This document shows, in pieces, positions 20,911 to 31,259 of a stretch of DNA of 64,000 bases. Each line of letters opens with the position of its first letter. Positions within the stretch are counted from its first letter, which is position 1. The notes beneath the pieces were generated by a model. The model was not told the origin of the DNA and ran no database searches. It saw only the letters and a program-made list of their open reading frames with translations. The translations under genes were made by a program, and so were the position numbers. This DNA is from Eledone cirrhosa (lineage: Eukaryota), in NCBI GenBank assembly GCA_964016885.1, contig OZ024761.1, positions 8,556,001 to 8,620,000 of the forward strand, in the 5' to 3' direction.

Positions 20911-21135
20911 GAAGTATTTCCGTAGTAAGGGTAAAGGAAAGGAGAGTGCTCTATGTAAGCTACAGAGCTATTTAATTATGTAATAAACAACATAAGACAA
21001 TTATTCCATTTACCAAAGGTTTCACGAATTTAATATATTAAATTTTCATTCTGATGAGCGATTTCAGATGTCTGTCTTCGTGAAACCTTTGGTAAATGGA
21101 ATAATTCTCTTATGTTGTTTATTACATAATTAAAT
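20910..21135. mobile_element. Fold-back element family C, copy 1
   Basis: Arms 20970-21028 / 21078-21135; tail 20910-20969 is homologous to the reverse complement of 24770-24832; in (TA)n. Confidence 0.85.
21044..21101 (+). ncRNA. Type I hammerhead ribozyme motif
   Basis: Stem I tttcatt/aatggaa; core CTGATGA; stem II closed by gcga/tcgt; GAAA; stem III acc-ttt-ggt; GTA cleavage triplet. Confidence 0.75.
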
Positions 21136-21178
21136 ATATATATATATAGGATAAATATATATATATATAGAGAGAGAG

Positions 21179-21235
<57 letters not shown>

Positions 21236-21269
21236 ATATAGAGGTTACGCATATATTTATATTTTCTCT

Positions 21270-21378
21270 CAGTCTCTGAGGATATGATGAAGCTAACATG
21301 TATTTTAAATTGAGTGGCACTACTTTCAGTGTTTAGCAGTTTTTAGACACCTCTATCAGTGAAACAATTGTCAGACTG
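21270..21378 (+). ncRNA. Type I hammerhead ribozyme motif with long stem II region
   Basis: Stem I cagtct/agactg (6/6); CTGAGGA; ~78-nt stem II region with weak pairing; GAAAC-AATT-GTC with palindromic stem III; AATAAA directly downstream. Confidence 0.7.
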
Positions 21379-21482
21379 TAAATAAATCTCCTTTTTTGTA
21401 CTGTTGACCATGTTATTCTCCACTTTTTCAATTTTACATATATATATGTGTGTGTGTGTGTGCGTGTGTGTATATATATATA

Positions 21483-21666
21483 ACGAAGGAAGTGTGGTAA
21501 GGAACCAAGTGGACCATAATGCACCAGAGTACTCGATACTTAGGGTAGTAGAGTGGGTAATAGGAAAGGAGTCAGGACCCCGACGGCTGAGCTCCTCCCG
21601 TTTTGACCGCTAGATCTGGCTGTCAAAATGGCCGGAGCTCAGCCGTCGGGGTCATGACTCTATTCC

Positions 21667-21669
<3 letters not shown>
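21483..21669 (-). mobile_element. Fold-back element family A, copy 3 (more diverged)
   Basis: Imperfect arms from 21560 to 21669; same tail; ends at CCTAT before (TA)n. Confidence 0.82.
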
Positions 21670-21744
<75 letters not shown>

Positions 21745-21776
21745 TGCACACACACACACACATATATATATATAAA

Positions 21777-21916
21777 TGTGGTTGGCGTTAGGAAGGGCAT
21801 CCAGCCAGAGAAAACGTCAGAAACACCCCTATTCGAGCGAGACACGGTCACCCAACGCAACTTGCCTTAAAATAGGACCCATCTAACCCATGCTGGTGTG
21901 GAAGACAGACGTTAAT

Positions 21917-21950
<34 letters not shown>

Positions 21951-21990
21951 AATGATGATTGTGATGGTGATGGTGATGATGATGATGATG
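21777..21990 (+). mobile_element. RTE/SINE-type 3' end with long (GAT)n tail
   Basis: GGTTGGCGTTAGGAAGGGCATCCAGC module, then ctaacccatgctggtgtggaa and (TGA)n. Confidence 0.7.
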
Positions 21991-22156
21991 CTTATCTAGG
22001 GCAGGTAAAATTCTAGAAATCCATGGACGAGCTCTCTCCAGCGGTCTCTGTCCTTCATCATCACCGCTATTCCCCGCGTCCCCACTGTATATAAATATAT
22101 ACATGCATACAAGTAAGCAGGAATGAAGTCAAGGGCGTACCATAAATGAACTTTAT

Positions 22157-22248
22157 TGCATATGACAATTGTTTTGATATCAATCAGCTCAGGATTTAAT
22201 CATAATGTTCAAGGCCTGACTCTGCACTAACATCTCATCAAAGATGCA
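22157..22248 (-). ncRNA. Degenerate type I hammerhead motif
   Basis: Minus strand: tgcatct-TTGATGA-gatgttagt...attgatatc-AAAAC-AATT-GTC-atatgca-ATAAA. Stems are intact but there are two core substitutions. Confidence 0.55.
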
Positions 22249-22286
22249 TTTGTAGGTGCCTCCATGTATATATATATATATATACA

Positions 22287-22637
22287 TGGAGGCACATGGC
22301 TTAGTGGTTACAGCATTGGCCTTGCAATCAAAAGGTTGTGAGTTCAATTCTCAGACTGGGTGATGTGTTGTTTCCTTGAGCAAGACACTTTATTTCACAT
22401 TGCTCCAGTTTACTCAGCTGTAGAAATGAGATGATAGGGACTGGGGTCCATATCATTCCACTGCAAAGTGGTCGTGGAGGTGCCACAAAAAAGCACCCAA
22501 CACTCACTGTAAATGAGGTTGGTGTTAGGAAGGGCATTCAGCTGTAGAAATCAAGCCAGAATCAGTTCCCGTCCCACCCTTGCAAGCAGGGAAAAGCGGA
22601 CGTAAAATGAAATGATGAAATGATGGTGAATGATGAT
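22287..22637 (+). mobile_element. tRNA-derived CORE/Meta-like SINE, family c-type tail
   Basis: A-box TGGCTTAGTGG, B-box GAGTTCAATTC, central domain, and CCCACCCTTGCAAGCAGGGAAAAGCGGACGTAAAATGA tail. Confidence 0.9.
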
Positions 22638-22647
22638 ATATATATCT

Positions 22648-22915
22648 ATCTAGGGCGGGTAAAATTCCCGAGATCCATGGACGAGCTCTCTCCAGTGGTC
22701 TCTGTCCCTCATTATCGCTGCCATGTCCTGTGTCTCCAACAGACCAGCGTCTGTCGTTAGGGCATCAACATATGTTAACCTTGGTCTTCCTCTTCCAGTG
22801 TGTCCATGTAGGGGCCCACAGGAGCACTGAGTGCAATGTCAACTCTGGATGTCGGTGAGCATGACCAGCTAACCTCAGTCTCCTCTGTGTCACTTTTGAG
22901 CTGATTTTGGGAGCA
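22648..22915 (-). mobile_element. 3' fragment of another non-LTR retrotransposon family (shorter copy at ~21993-22085)
   Basis: QRRLRLAGHAHRHPEL is a typical LINE RT C-terminal motif; the sequence is duplicated at 21993-22085. Confidence 0.7.
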
Positions 22916-22993
22916 TATATACATATATATGTCCCAAGGCTCTGATGCAATCAACACCATATACACAGAGCTGGCATATCTAAGAACTGACTA

Positions 22994-23049
22994 ACTGCCT
23001 GATGAGGTCATAGCCACTCAATGGCTATCATCGAAATATATATAGCAGT
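22994..23049 (+). ncRNA. Minimal type I hammerhead ribozyme motif, intact core
   Basis: Stem I actgc/gcagt; CTGATGA; stem II ggtcatagcca-ctcaa-tggctatcatc; GAAA; palindromic stem III ATATATAT; ATA cleavage triplet. Confidence 0.8.
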
Positions 23050-23102
23050 AAATACAGGATTATGAGTTCATGCAATTGACTTATATTTCGTCACTATATA
23101 TA

Positions 23103-24284
23103 TCATCATCATCATCATCATCATCAGCGTTTAACGTCCGTGTTCCACGCTTGCATGGGTTTGGACGGGGGTAGTCCCACTTGAGGCAAGAGTGATTGTC
23201 TTGCTCGCATAGGACTGTCTGGCAGGTTTTCTACAGTTGGATGCCCTTCCTAACACCAACCACATTTACAGTGTGGGTCTGGGAGGTTTTTACCGTGTTG
23301 CCTACACGGCCACATTACAGCGTGGACTGTGTGTTTTTTTGTCGTGACACCTACACGATCTCATTTGTTTCGGCCTCGATGGCGCGGCACCAACATAACT
23401 TTACATAGAACGGGGTGGTGTGGATCGGGTGGGGGTGGTGGGACGGGGTGTATTTGTTAGAGATGCCTACTGGCTGGAGTAGGTTTTACTATATATTTAG
23501 GTAAGGCGGGTCTTCTCTGTTACTGAGTACCGCCAAAGGTCTCGGTCCAGTGACATTGTCTTGGAGAGGTGTAAGTGTGTGATGTCGGAGTTTATCAGCT
23601 CGTCCCAGGTTTTTCTAGGTCTGCCTATTCCGTGACTACCGTCTATCTTTATTGCCCTGCACTTTGTTATACAGCTATCGACTTTCATGCGCATCACGTG
23701 TCCATACCAACGTAGCCTTCTCTCGAGTAAACAACATCTGATCCCTCTTATCTCTAATTTATTCCTTAGTTCGTTTATGCTTTGCCGTTCACGTATATTA
23801 CTGTTACACATCCAGCGGAGCATGCAAGCTTCGTTCCTCTCTAGTCTGCGTATATCCTCTGCACACAATGCCCAGGTCTCACTGCCATGCAGCATTGCTG
23901 TTCGTATGCAGGCGTCGTACAACCTGCCTTTCATTTTTAGTGAGAACCCTTTAGCAGCTAATAGTGGTATAAGCTCTCTGAACTTTTTCCAACCAGTTCT
24001 GACTCTAGCTACAGTACTTTCAGAGCACCCTCCCCCACTGCTGATTTTATCGCCCAGGTAACGGAAGCTGTCCACTATTTCTATAGAACCCTCTGCGCAA
24101 TTGAAAGAGCTAGTAGTTTGTGGGCACTTGCTGCTACTTATTGCACCAGAGCACCGGCCACATGTAAAATCTATGTTCTTAGTTAGCCTACCTGTGATCC
24201 CACTACATCTTTTATGCACCCATACTTTGCATTTAGGACATAAAATGGAGTTTCTACCTACGCCTTTCCTACACACCGAGCACG
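23103..24284 (-). mobile_element. 5'-truncated young RTE family a copy in (TA)n
   Basis: Uninterrupted ORF 23497-24276; nearly identical to 12005-13243. Confidence 0.95.
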
Positions 24285-24308
24285 GTATGTATGTATATAT
24301 ATATATAT

Positions 24309-24339
<31 letters not shown>

Positions 24340-24346
24340 TATTTAT

Positions 24347-24832
24347 TTATGTAATAAACAACATAGCATAATTTTTTCATTTACCAGTGGTTTCTTGAAG
24401 GCAGATGTTGTGTCTGTCTTCAGTCGTCAGAATGAATAAATAACATGGTGTTTTTATTAAATAATAAAAACACCATGTTATTTATTCATTCTGATGACTG
24501 AAGACAGACACAACATCTGCCTTCAAGAAACCCCACTGGTAAATGAAATAATTGTTTCTACTTTAGGCACAAGGCCAGCAATTACTGGTACTTTATTTTA
24601 TCGACCCCGTAAGAATGAAAGGCAAAGTCAGCCTCGGCGGGATTTAAACTCAGATGGTAAAGGGACGTAACTATGCTGGAAAGCATGGCGTCCGACCCTC
24701 TACCGATACTGCCAATCCACCACCTTTGGTAAATGAAATAATTATCTTATGTTGTTTATTACATAACTAATTAGCTCTGTAGCCTACATAGAGCACTCTT
24801 TTTTCTTGTACCTTTCCGATGGAAATACTTCA
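24347..24832. mobile_element. Fold-back element family C, copy 2: palindrome centred at ~24460 with a hammerhead on each strand, interrupted by a SINE
   Basis: Plus strand 24485-24547: ttcatt-CTGATGA-ctgaagacaga..tctgccttcaa-GAAAC-cccact-GGTA-aatgaa. The mirror copy with CTGACGA lies on the minus strand at ~24375-24435. The arm resumes after the SINE. Confidence 0.87.
24554..24726 (-). mobile_element. Nin/Deu-domain SINE with 17-bp TSD
   Basis: TSD tggtaaatgaaataatt at 24537-24553 and 24727-24743. Confidence 0.88.
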
Positions 24833-24847
24833 TTTACACACACACAC

Positions 24848-24881
<34 letters not shown>

Positions 24882-24910
24882 GTATATATATATATACATA
24901 TACATTTACA

Positions 24911-25043
24911 TTCATTTAATGACTAAGTGGTGAGCCTTGTTTAACTCTGGAGTTTCACCTGCGCACTCATCTGACAAGACTGTGAGTGTGCAGGGGAAAT
25001 GCCATCAGAGTAACAAGACTCACCAATTAACAATTAAATGAAT
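24911..25043. mobile_element. Diverged fold-back element (family D)
   Basis: Blocks pair in nested order: ttcatttaat/attaaatgaa, tggtgag/ctcacca, actctg/cagagt, tttcacctgcgcactca/tgagtgtgcaggggaaa. Confidence 0.7.
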
Positions 25044-25124
25044 ATTTAAAGTCTACTTTGGGATTGATCCCTTTTTCTCATGTCTGTCAATATATATTTT
25101 CATGTAAATGTGTTGATTTGAGTC

Positions 25125-25215
25125 CACGTGTCTGATGAGCTAATTGATGCCAAGTCAGGTCTATCACATCAATAAAGACCTAGAGCCAATCATCTGTGAA
25201 ACATATGTAATGGTT
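25125..25215 (+). ncRNA. Degenerate hammerhead motif
   Basis: CTGATGA (25132) ... GAAAC-ATAT-GTA with palindromic stem III, then AATAAA; stem I is poor. Confidence 0.45.
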
Positions 25216-25267
25216 GATAGGCAATAAAAACATTTAGTGTGAAACCATGTGGTCTCATACTTCATAT

Positions 25268-25535
25268 CATCATCACCGAGTTGTCCTGTTGTGGGTAATG
25301 TCAGGTCAGGTGACCATGTCTTGCTCATACAGGAACTGATTTTGGCTTCATTTCTACAACTGGATGCCCTTCCTAATACTAACCTCATTTACAGTGAGTA
25401 CTTGGTGCTTTTTGTCAATGTGCCTACACGACCACTTTACAGTGGGAGGGGCTCAGGACATACTGTATATATGCTTCAGCTTTGGTCTGTACCCGTGGGA
25501 AGTCGAGTCTTCTGTATTACTGTGTAATGCCAGAG
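25268..25535 (-). mobile_element. RTE family b 3' end/UTR fragment
   Basis: Homologous to 13575-13870. Confidence 0.8.
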
Positions 25536-25550
25536 ATCTCTTTATATGTA

Positions 25551-28030
25551 TCATCATCATCATCATCATCATTTTATGTCCGCTTTTCCCGCTTGCAAGG
25601 ATGGGATGGGTCCTATTCAACACAGCATCTCTCCACTCGTCACAGTCCTTCGTCATCTCCCCATGTGAACTTTAGCGATCTGAGGTGTGCTCTCACCACC
25701 TCCTCCCATGTTTTTCGTGGTCTTCCTCTACTGCATCTTCCTTCTACTGGGATAACTTGGCACTTCTTTATCCAGCGGTCATCCTCCATGCACATCACAT
25801 GTCCATACCTTCTCTCCTGCACACTACAACTTATCCCTCTTATACACAGTTTCTCTCTCAACTCATCTATGGTTGGTCGTTCACGCACATTTACACTGCA
25901 CATCCAACGGAGCATGCTTGCCTCATTTCTCTCCAGCCGTCACATATCCTCTGCAGTTGCTGCCCATGTCTCACTACCATGCAACATTGCGCATCTCACA
26001 CAGGCATCATATAACCGGCCTTTCGTACGCAGGGAGAAACCCTTCTTTGTCAGCAGAGGAAGCAGCTCCCCAAACTTCTTCCAACCTGTCCTTACACCAC
26101 CCCTCCATGCTAATCTGATCATCTAGGTACTGGAAGTTATAAACCACTTCTATAGAACCCACCTGCATTTGAAAAATATGTCTATCAATGCGACTTTTAC
26201 TGTCAACTTCCCTGTACATCTACTGCATACGTATTTCTCCCTACCTGTTAGTTTGCCTGCTATCCCACTACATCACTTGTGTACCCAAGATCTGCATTGT
26301 GTGCATTTTATAGAATTTATGCCAGTTCTGCATATCGAACATGGCCATTTCCCTGACGGAATCAGAGTTTTGTCCTCTTTTCTACTTATCAACACTTTTG
26401 CCTTAGCTAGGTTCACTCTCAGTCTTGATTCCACCTGCTGTTTCCATAGCCAGAATTTATTCTCTAGCTCCTCTACTGATTCTGCTATAAGAATCAGATC
26501 ATCAGCATAGAGAAGTTCCCATGGACAGCCAGTCTTAAACACCTCTGTTATGGCTTGAAGGACTATAATGAACAAGAGCGGACTGAGTACCGAACCCTGA
26601 TGTACTCCTACTTGTATCTAGAATTCCTCACTAAACTCCATTCCTACCCTCACTTTACTGACAGCACCCCTGCTTGCACTGTCCTCACAAGGCATTCCTC
26701 TTTACCTTTGTAGCAATTTATGAGAATACTGCTGCACCAGTTTTTGGGTATGACACCGCCATATATAGCTTGATTAATGATGCATGCAACTAGTTTAGTG
26801 CTTACTTCTCCTGATTCCTTCAGCATCTCAGCAACTATCCCTGACAGTCCAGCGGCCTTACCATTTTTCATTTTCTTAATTGCCTCTTGTACACTATATT
26901 CGTTAATCTCAATAGCTGGTCCCTCTGACGGGTTTACTGGGGGTAGTTTCTCTCTCTCCATTCGTTCTCCACATTCATCAGTCTCTCATAATGACATTTC
27001 CAGACCTCCTTTTTCTGATCATTAGTGACACTAAGTACACCAGCATCATTCCGGACACACTTATCTCAAGAACATCCTGATTTACATTGACACACTACTT
27101 TGCAATGCGGAACACTGCCCATCTCTGATCTTCCCGTCGCAGAACATTGGCAAACCTCCTACTCTCAGCCTCCCTGTGTGCTAAGTACACCTGACGTCTA
27201 GCTTCTTTCTTAGTGGCTGTGTATCCTTCTCTACTCCCACCATTTTTCCAAGCCTTCCATGCTAGTCTTTTGTCTCTAATGCCCCTATCTACCGTGCTGT
27301 TCCACCACCAGGTCACTCTCTGTCTGGTCGGAGCTCTTCTCCAGCCACAAGTTTCTTCAGTAGCCTGCAGTAAGTTGTCATGTAAAAAATTCCAGTTATC
27401 ATCTATGTCATACAATTCTAAAACATCTCCTTTTTCGTCATACTCATCTTGAAGGGCTTTCCTAAATTTATATTTTAGTGAAAGGTCTTTTAGCTTCCAG
27501 ACCTTCCTGTATGTCTCATTTGGTCTCTTGCTTACTGAGATGTCACTAACGACTGACCTATACTGTGGAGTACATTCTTCCCCGGGGTATGCCTTAGTAT
27601 TTGACACCATCTGTCTGTCTCGCTGCCTAACTAGCAAGAAGTCAATCTGGCTTATGTGCTCGCCTGATTTGTAGGTTATTAGGTGGTTGGTAGGCTTCTG
27701 GAAGTTAGTGTTGCAAATGGTTAGTGCACTTGCACCACAAAATTCAAAAAGCCTCACTCCTTTTTTTTTTAGCCATAACCATGCCAACCGTGTACCCCAG
27801 TGTATCCATCCTGGAGCTCTCCAACATGATCATTGAAGTCCCCTATTAGCATAATGATGTCTCTATCCTCAGTCATTGTGGCTGTTTCTAAAAGTTGCTC
27901 ATAAAAGCAGTCATTCTCTTCTTTACCTAGGCCTGCCTGGGGAGCAGAGGCAGAGATGATTGTCAGCAGTCTCTTGCCCACAACTAATGTAATCTTAAAT
28001 ATCCTAATACTGGCTCTAACCACCTCTATT
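25551..28030 (-). mobile_element. Older, internally deleted RTE family c LINE
   Basis: Frameshifted APE (SASAPQ, IGDFNDHVG, SQIDFLL) and RT (YADD, GRPRKTW) pieces; short 3' UTR and (ATG)n tail. Confidence 0.9.
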
Positions 28031-28387
28031 ATCTATGGATAATAGAGGTATCCATAGATACCTCTATTAGTGTTGCCTGCTAGCAATTGGTGGACAGGTC
28101 ATCATAGAATCAGTACTTAATCAGAGCTCCTGATCTTTCAGACTATCCCATGACATAACTGAAGAGATCCCTTGACCCTTTTTGACATCATTTCTAAAGA
28201 TGGATGTACTTCACATCACCAACCACCTTATATGGTCTTCTTCTTGTCATGTCCACCTTGGTGTTCCGTAGCTTTTGTAGCTTATAACTGTTGCTTGTGG
28301 TGGTGATAGGATTGTTGATCTAGTTGACCTTGTCGATCTTATCGATACTCCCAAGGCTGCGGTGTGGATGCTCTTATCCTGACCCCC

Positions 28388-29226
28388 ACCTTATATGGTG
28401 TGTTTTATTGTGGCACCTTATATGGTGTGTTTTATTGTGGCACCTTATATGGTGTGTTTTATTGTGACACCTTATATGGTGTGTTTTATTGTGGCACCTT
28501 ATATGGTGTGTCTTATTGTGGCACCTTATATGGTGTGTCTTATTGTGGCACCTTATATGGTGTGTCTTATTGTGGCACCTTATATGGTGTGTTTTATTGT
28601 GGCACCTTATATGGTGTGTTTTATTGTGGCACCTTATATGGTGTGTCTTATTGTGGCACCTTATATGGTGTGTCTTATTGTGGCACCTTATATGGTGTGT
28701 CTTATTGTGGCACCTTATATGGTGTGTTTTATTGTGGCACCTTATATGGTGTGTCTTATTGTGGCACCTTATATGGTGTGTTTTATTGTGGCACCTTATA
28801 TGGTGTGTTTTATTGTGGCACCTTATATGGTGTGTCTTATTGTGGCACCTTATATGGTGTGTCTTATTGTGGCACCTTATATGGTGTGTCTTATTGTGGC
28901 ACCTTATATGGTGTGTCTTATTGTGGCACCTTATATGGTGTGTTTTATTGTGGCACCTTATATGGTGTGTTTTATTGTGGCACCTTATATGGTGTGTTTT
29001 ATTGTGGCACCTTATATGGTGTGTTTTATTGTGGCACCTTATATGGTGTGTTTTATTGTGGCACCTTATATGGTGTGTCTTATTGTGGCACCTTATATGG
29101 TGTGTTTTATTGTGGCACCTTATATGGTGTGTTTTATTGTGGCACCTTATATGGTGTGTTTTATTGTGGCACCTTATATGGTGTGTCTTATTGTGGCACC
29201 TTATATGGTGTGTTTTATTGTGGCAC
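28388..29226. repeat. 27-bp minisatellite, ~31 copies (CACCTTATATGGTGTGTYTTATTGTGG)
   Basis: Directly visible; two unit variants (T/C). Confidence 0.97.
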
Positions 29227-29282
29227 CAGCACGAGTCAGTTTGTTGGCCACAGACTCAGCTGAAGGGTAGACTTTACACTAT

Positions 29283-30607
29283 GAGGGGTGTTGTTGGGTG
29301 AGGATATGATAGGGGGGGGGTGAGAATATGATGGGGAGGGGTGTTGTAGGGTGAGAATATGATATGGGGGGGGTTGCAGGGTGAGAATATGATAGGGGAG
29401 GGGTGTTGTAGGGTGAGAATATGATAGGGGAGGGGTGTTGTAGGGTGAGAATATGATGGGGGAGGGGTGTTGTAGGGTGAGAATATATGGGGGGGGTTGT
29501 AGGGTGAGGATATGGGGGGAGGGGTGTTATAGGGTGAGAATATGATGGGGGAGGGGTGTTGTAGGGTGAGAATATGATGGGGGAGGAGTGTTGTAGGGTG
29601 AGAATATGATGGGGGAGGGGTGTTGTAGGGTGAGAATATGATGGGTGAGGATATGATGGGGGAGGGGTGTTGTAGGGTGAGAATATGATGGGTGAGGATA
29701 TGATGGGGGAGGGGTGTTGTAGGGTGAGAATATGATGGGGGAGGGGTGTTGTAGGGTGAGAATATGATATGGGGGGGGGGGTTGTAGGGTGAGAATATGA
29801 TGGGGGAGGGGTGTTGTAGGGTGAGAATATGTTGGGGAGGGGTGTTGTAGGGTGAGAATATGTTGGGGAGGGGTGTTGTAGGGTGAGAATATGTTGGGAG
29901 GGGTGTTGTAGGGTGAGAATATGTTGGGGAGGGGTGTTGTAGGGTGAGAATATGATGGGGGAGGAGTGTTGTAGGGTGAGAATATGATGGGGGAGGATAT
30001 GATGGGGGAGGGGTGTTGTAGGGTGAGAATATGATGGGTGAGGATATGATGGGGGAGGGGTGTTGTAGGGTGAGAATATGATGGGTGAGGATATGATGGG
30101 GGAGGGGTGTTGTAGGGTGAGAATATGATGGGTGAGGATATGATGGGGGAGGGGTGTTGTAGGGTGAGAATATGATGGGGGAGGATATGATGGGGGAGGG
30201 GTGTTGTAGGGTGAGAATATGATGGGTGAGGATATGATGGGGGAGGGGTGTTGTAGGGTGAGAATATGATGGGGGAGGGGTGTTGTAGGGTGAGAATATG
30301 ATATGGGGGGGGGGGGTTGTAGGGTGAGAATATGATGGGGGAGGGGTGTTGTAGGGTGAGAATATGATGGGGGAGGGGTGTTGTAGGGTGAGAATATGAT
30401 TGGGGAAGGGTGTTGTAGGGTGAGAATATATTGGGAGGGGGTTGTAGGGTGAGAATATATGGGGGGGGGGTTGTAGGGTGAGAATATGTTGGGGAGGGGT
30501 GTTGTAGGGTGAGAATATGATGGGGGAGGGGTATTGTAGGGTGAGAATATGATGGGGGAGGGGTGTTGTAGGGTGAGAATATGATTGGGGAAGGGTGTTG
30601 TAGGGTG
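29283..30607. repeat. G-rich ~32-bp minisatellite (GGGTGAGAATATGATGGGGGAGGGGTGTTGTA)
   Basis: Directly visible, with half-unit variants. Confidence 0.95.
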
Positions 30608-31050
30608 GGGGGAAGTGACAAGAGGTGTGTAGGTGTGGGGGGGGAAGTGACAAGAGGTGTGGAGGTGTGGGGGAAGTGACAAGAGGTGTGGAGGTGTGGG
30701 GGAAGTGACAAGAGGTGTGGAGGTGTGGGGGAAGTGACAAGAGGTGTGGAGGTGTGGGGGAAGTGACAAGAGGTGTGGAGGAAGTGACAAGAGGTGTGGA
30801 GGTGTGGGGGAAGTGACAAGAGGTGTGGAGGTGTGGGGGAAGTGACAAGAGGTGTGGAGGTGTGGGGGAAGTGATAAGAGGTGTGGAGGTGTGGGGGAAG
30901 TGATAAGAGGTGTGTAGGTGTGGGGAAAGTGACAAGCGGTGTGTAGGCGTGGGGGAGGTGACAAGAGGCGTGTAGGTGTGGGGGAAGTGACAAGAGGTGT
31001 GTTGGTGTGGGGGAAGTGACAAGAGGTGTGAGGTGTGGGGGAAGTGACAA
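30608..31050. repeat. G-rich ~29-bp minisatellite (GTGTGGGGGAAGTGACAAGAGGTGTGGAG)
   Basis: Directly visible. Confidence 0.95.
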
Positions 31051-31259
31051 GTTTGATGTCTTGAGTATATAAAACACACATGGAGTGTTCAGGTGGAGAA
31101 GAGAAGGGTTGAGAAACATATGTCAGAGATGTATGACAGGTATGGTGGTGTTTGAGATGGTGAGGAGATCTGGGGTAGAATAGGAGGTGTCTACCAGGAT
31201 GCTGAGAGTCATTTCTAAGAAGGATGCTCAGTTCATATTTCTATCCTGGCAGGTAAGTT

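Noticed and set aside
22287-22360. tRNA-like A/B boxes
   Set aside because: SINE heads continuing into CORE-like and LINE-derived sequence; not tRNA genes.
28364-31119. Repetitive ORFs (TLYGVFYCG, HPTTPLP, etc.) and a CRISPR-like appearance
   Set aside because: Open in several frames because they are minisatellites. There are no unique spacers and the context is eukaryotic, so this is not a CRISPR array.
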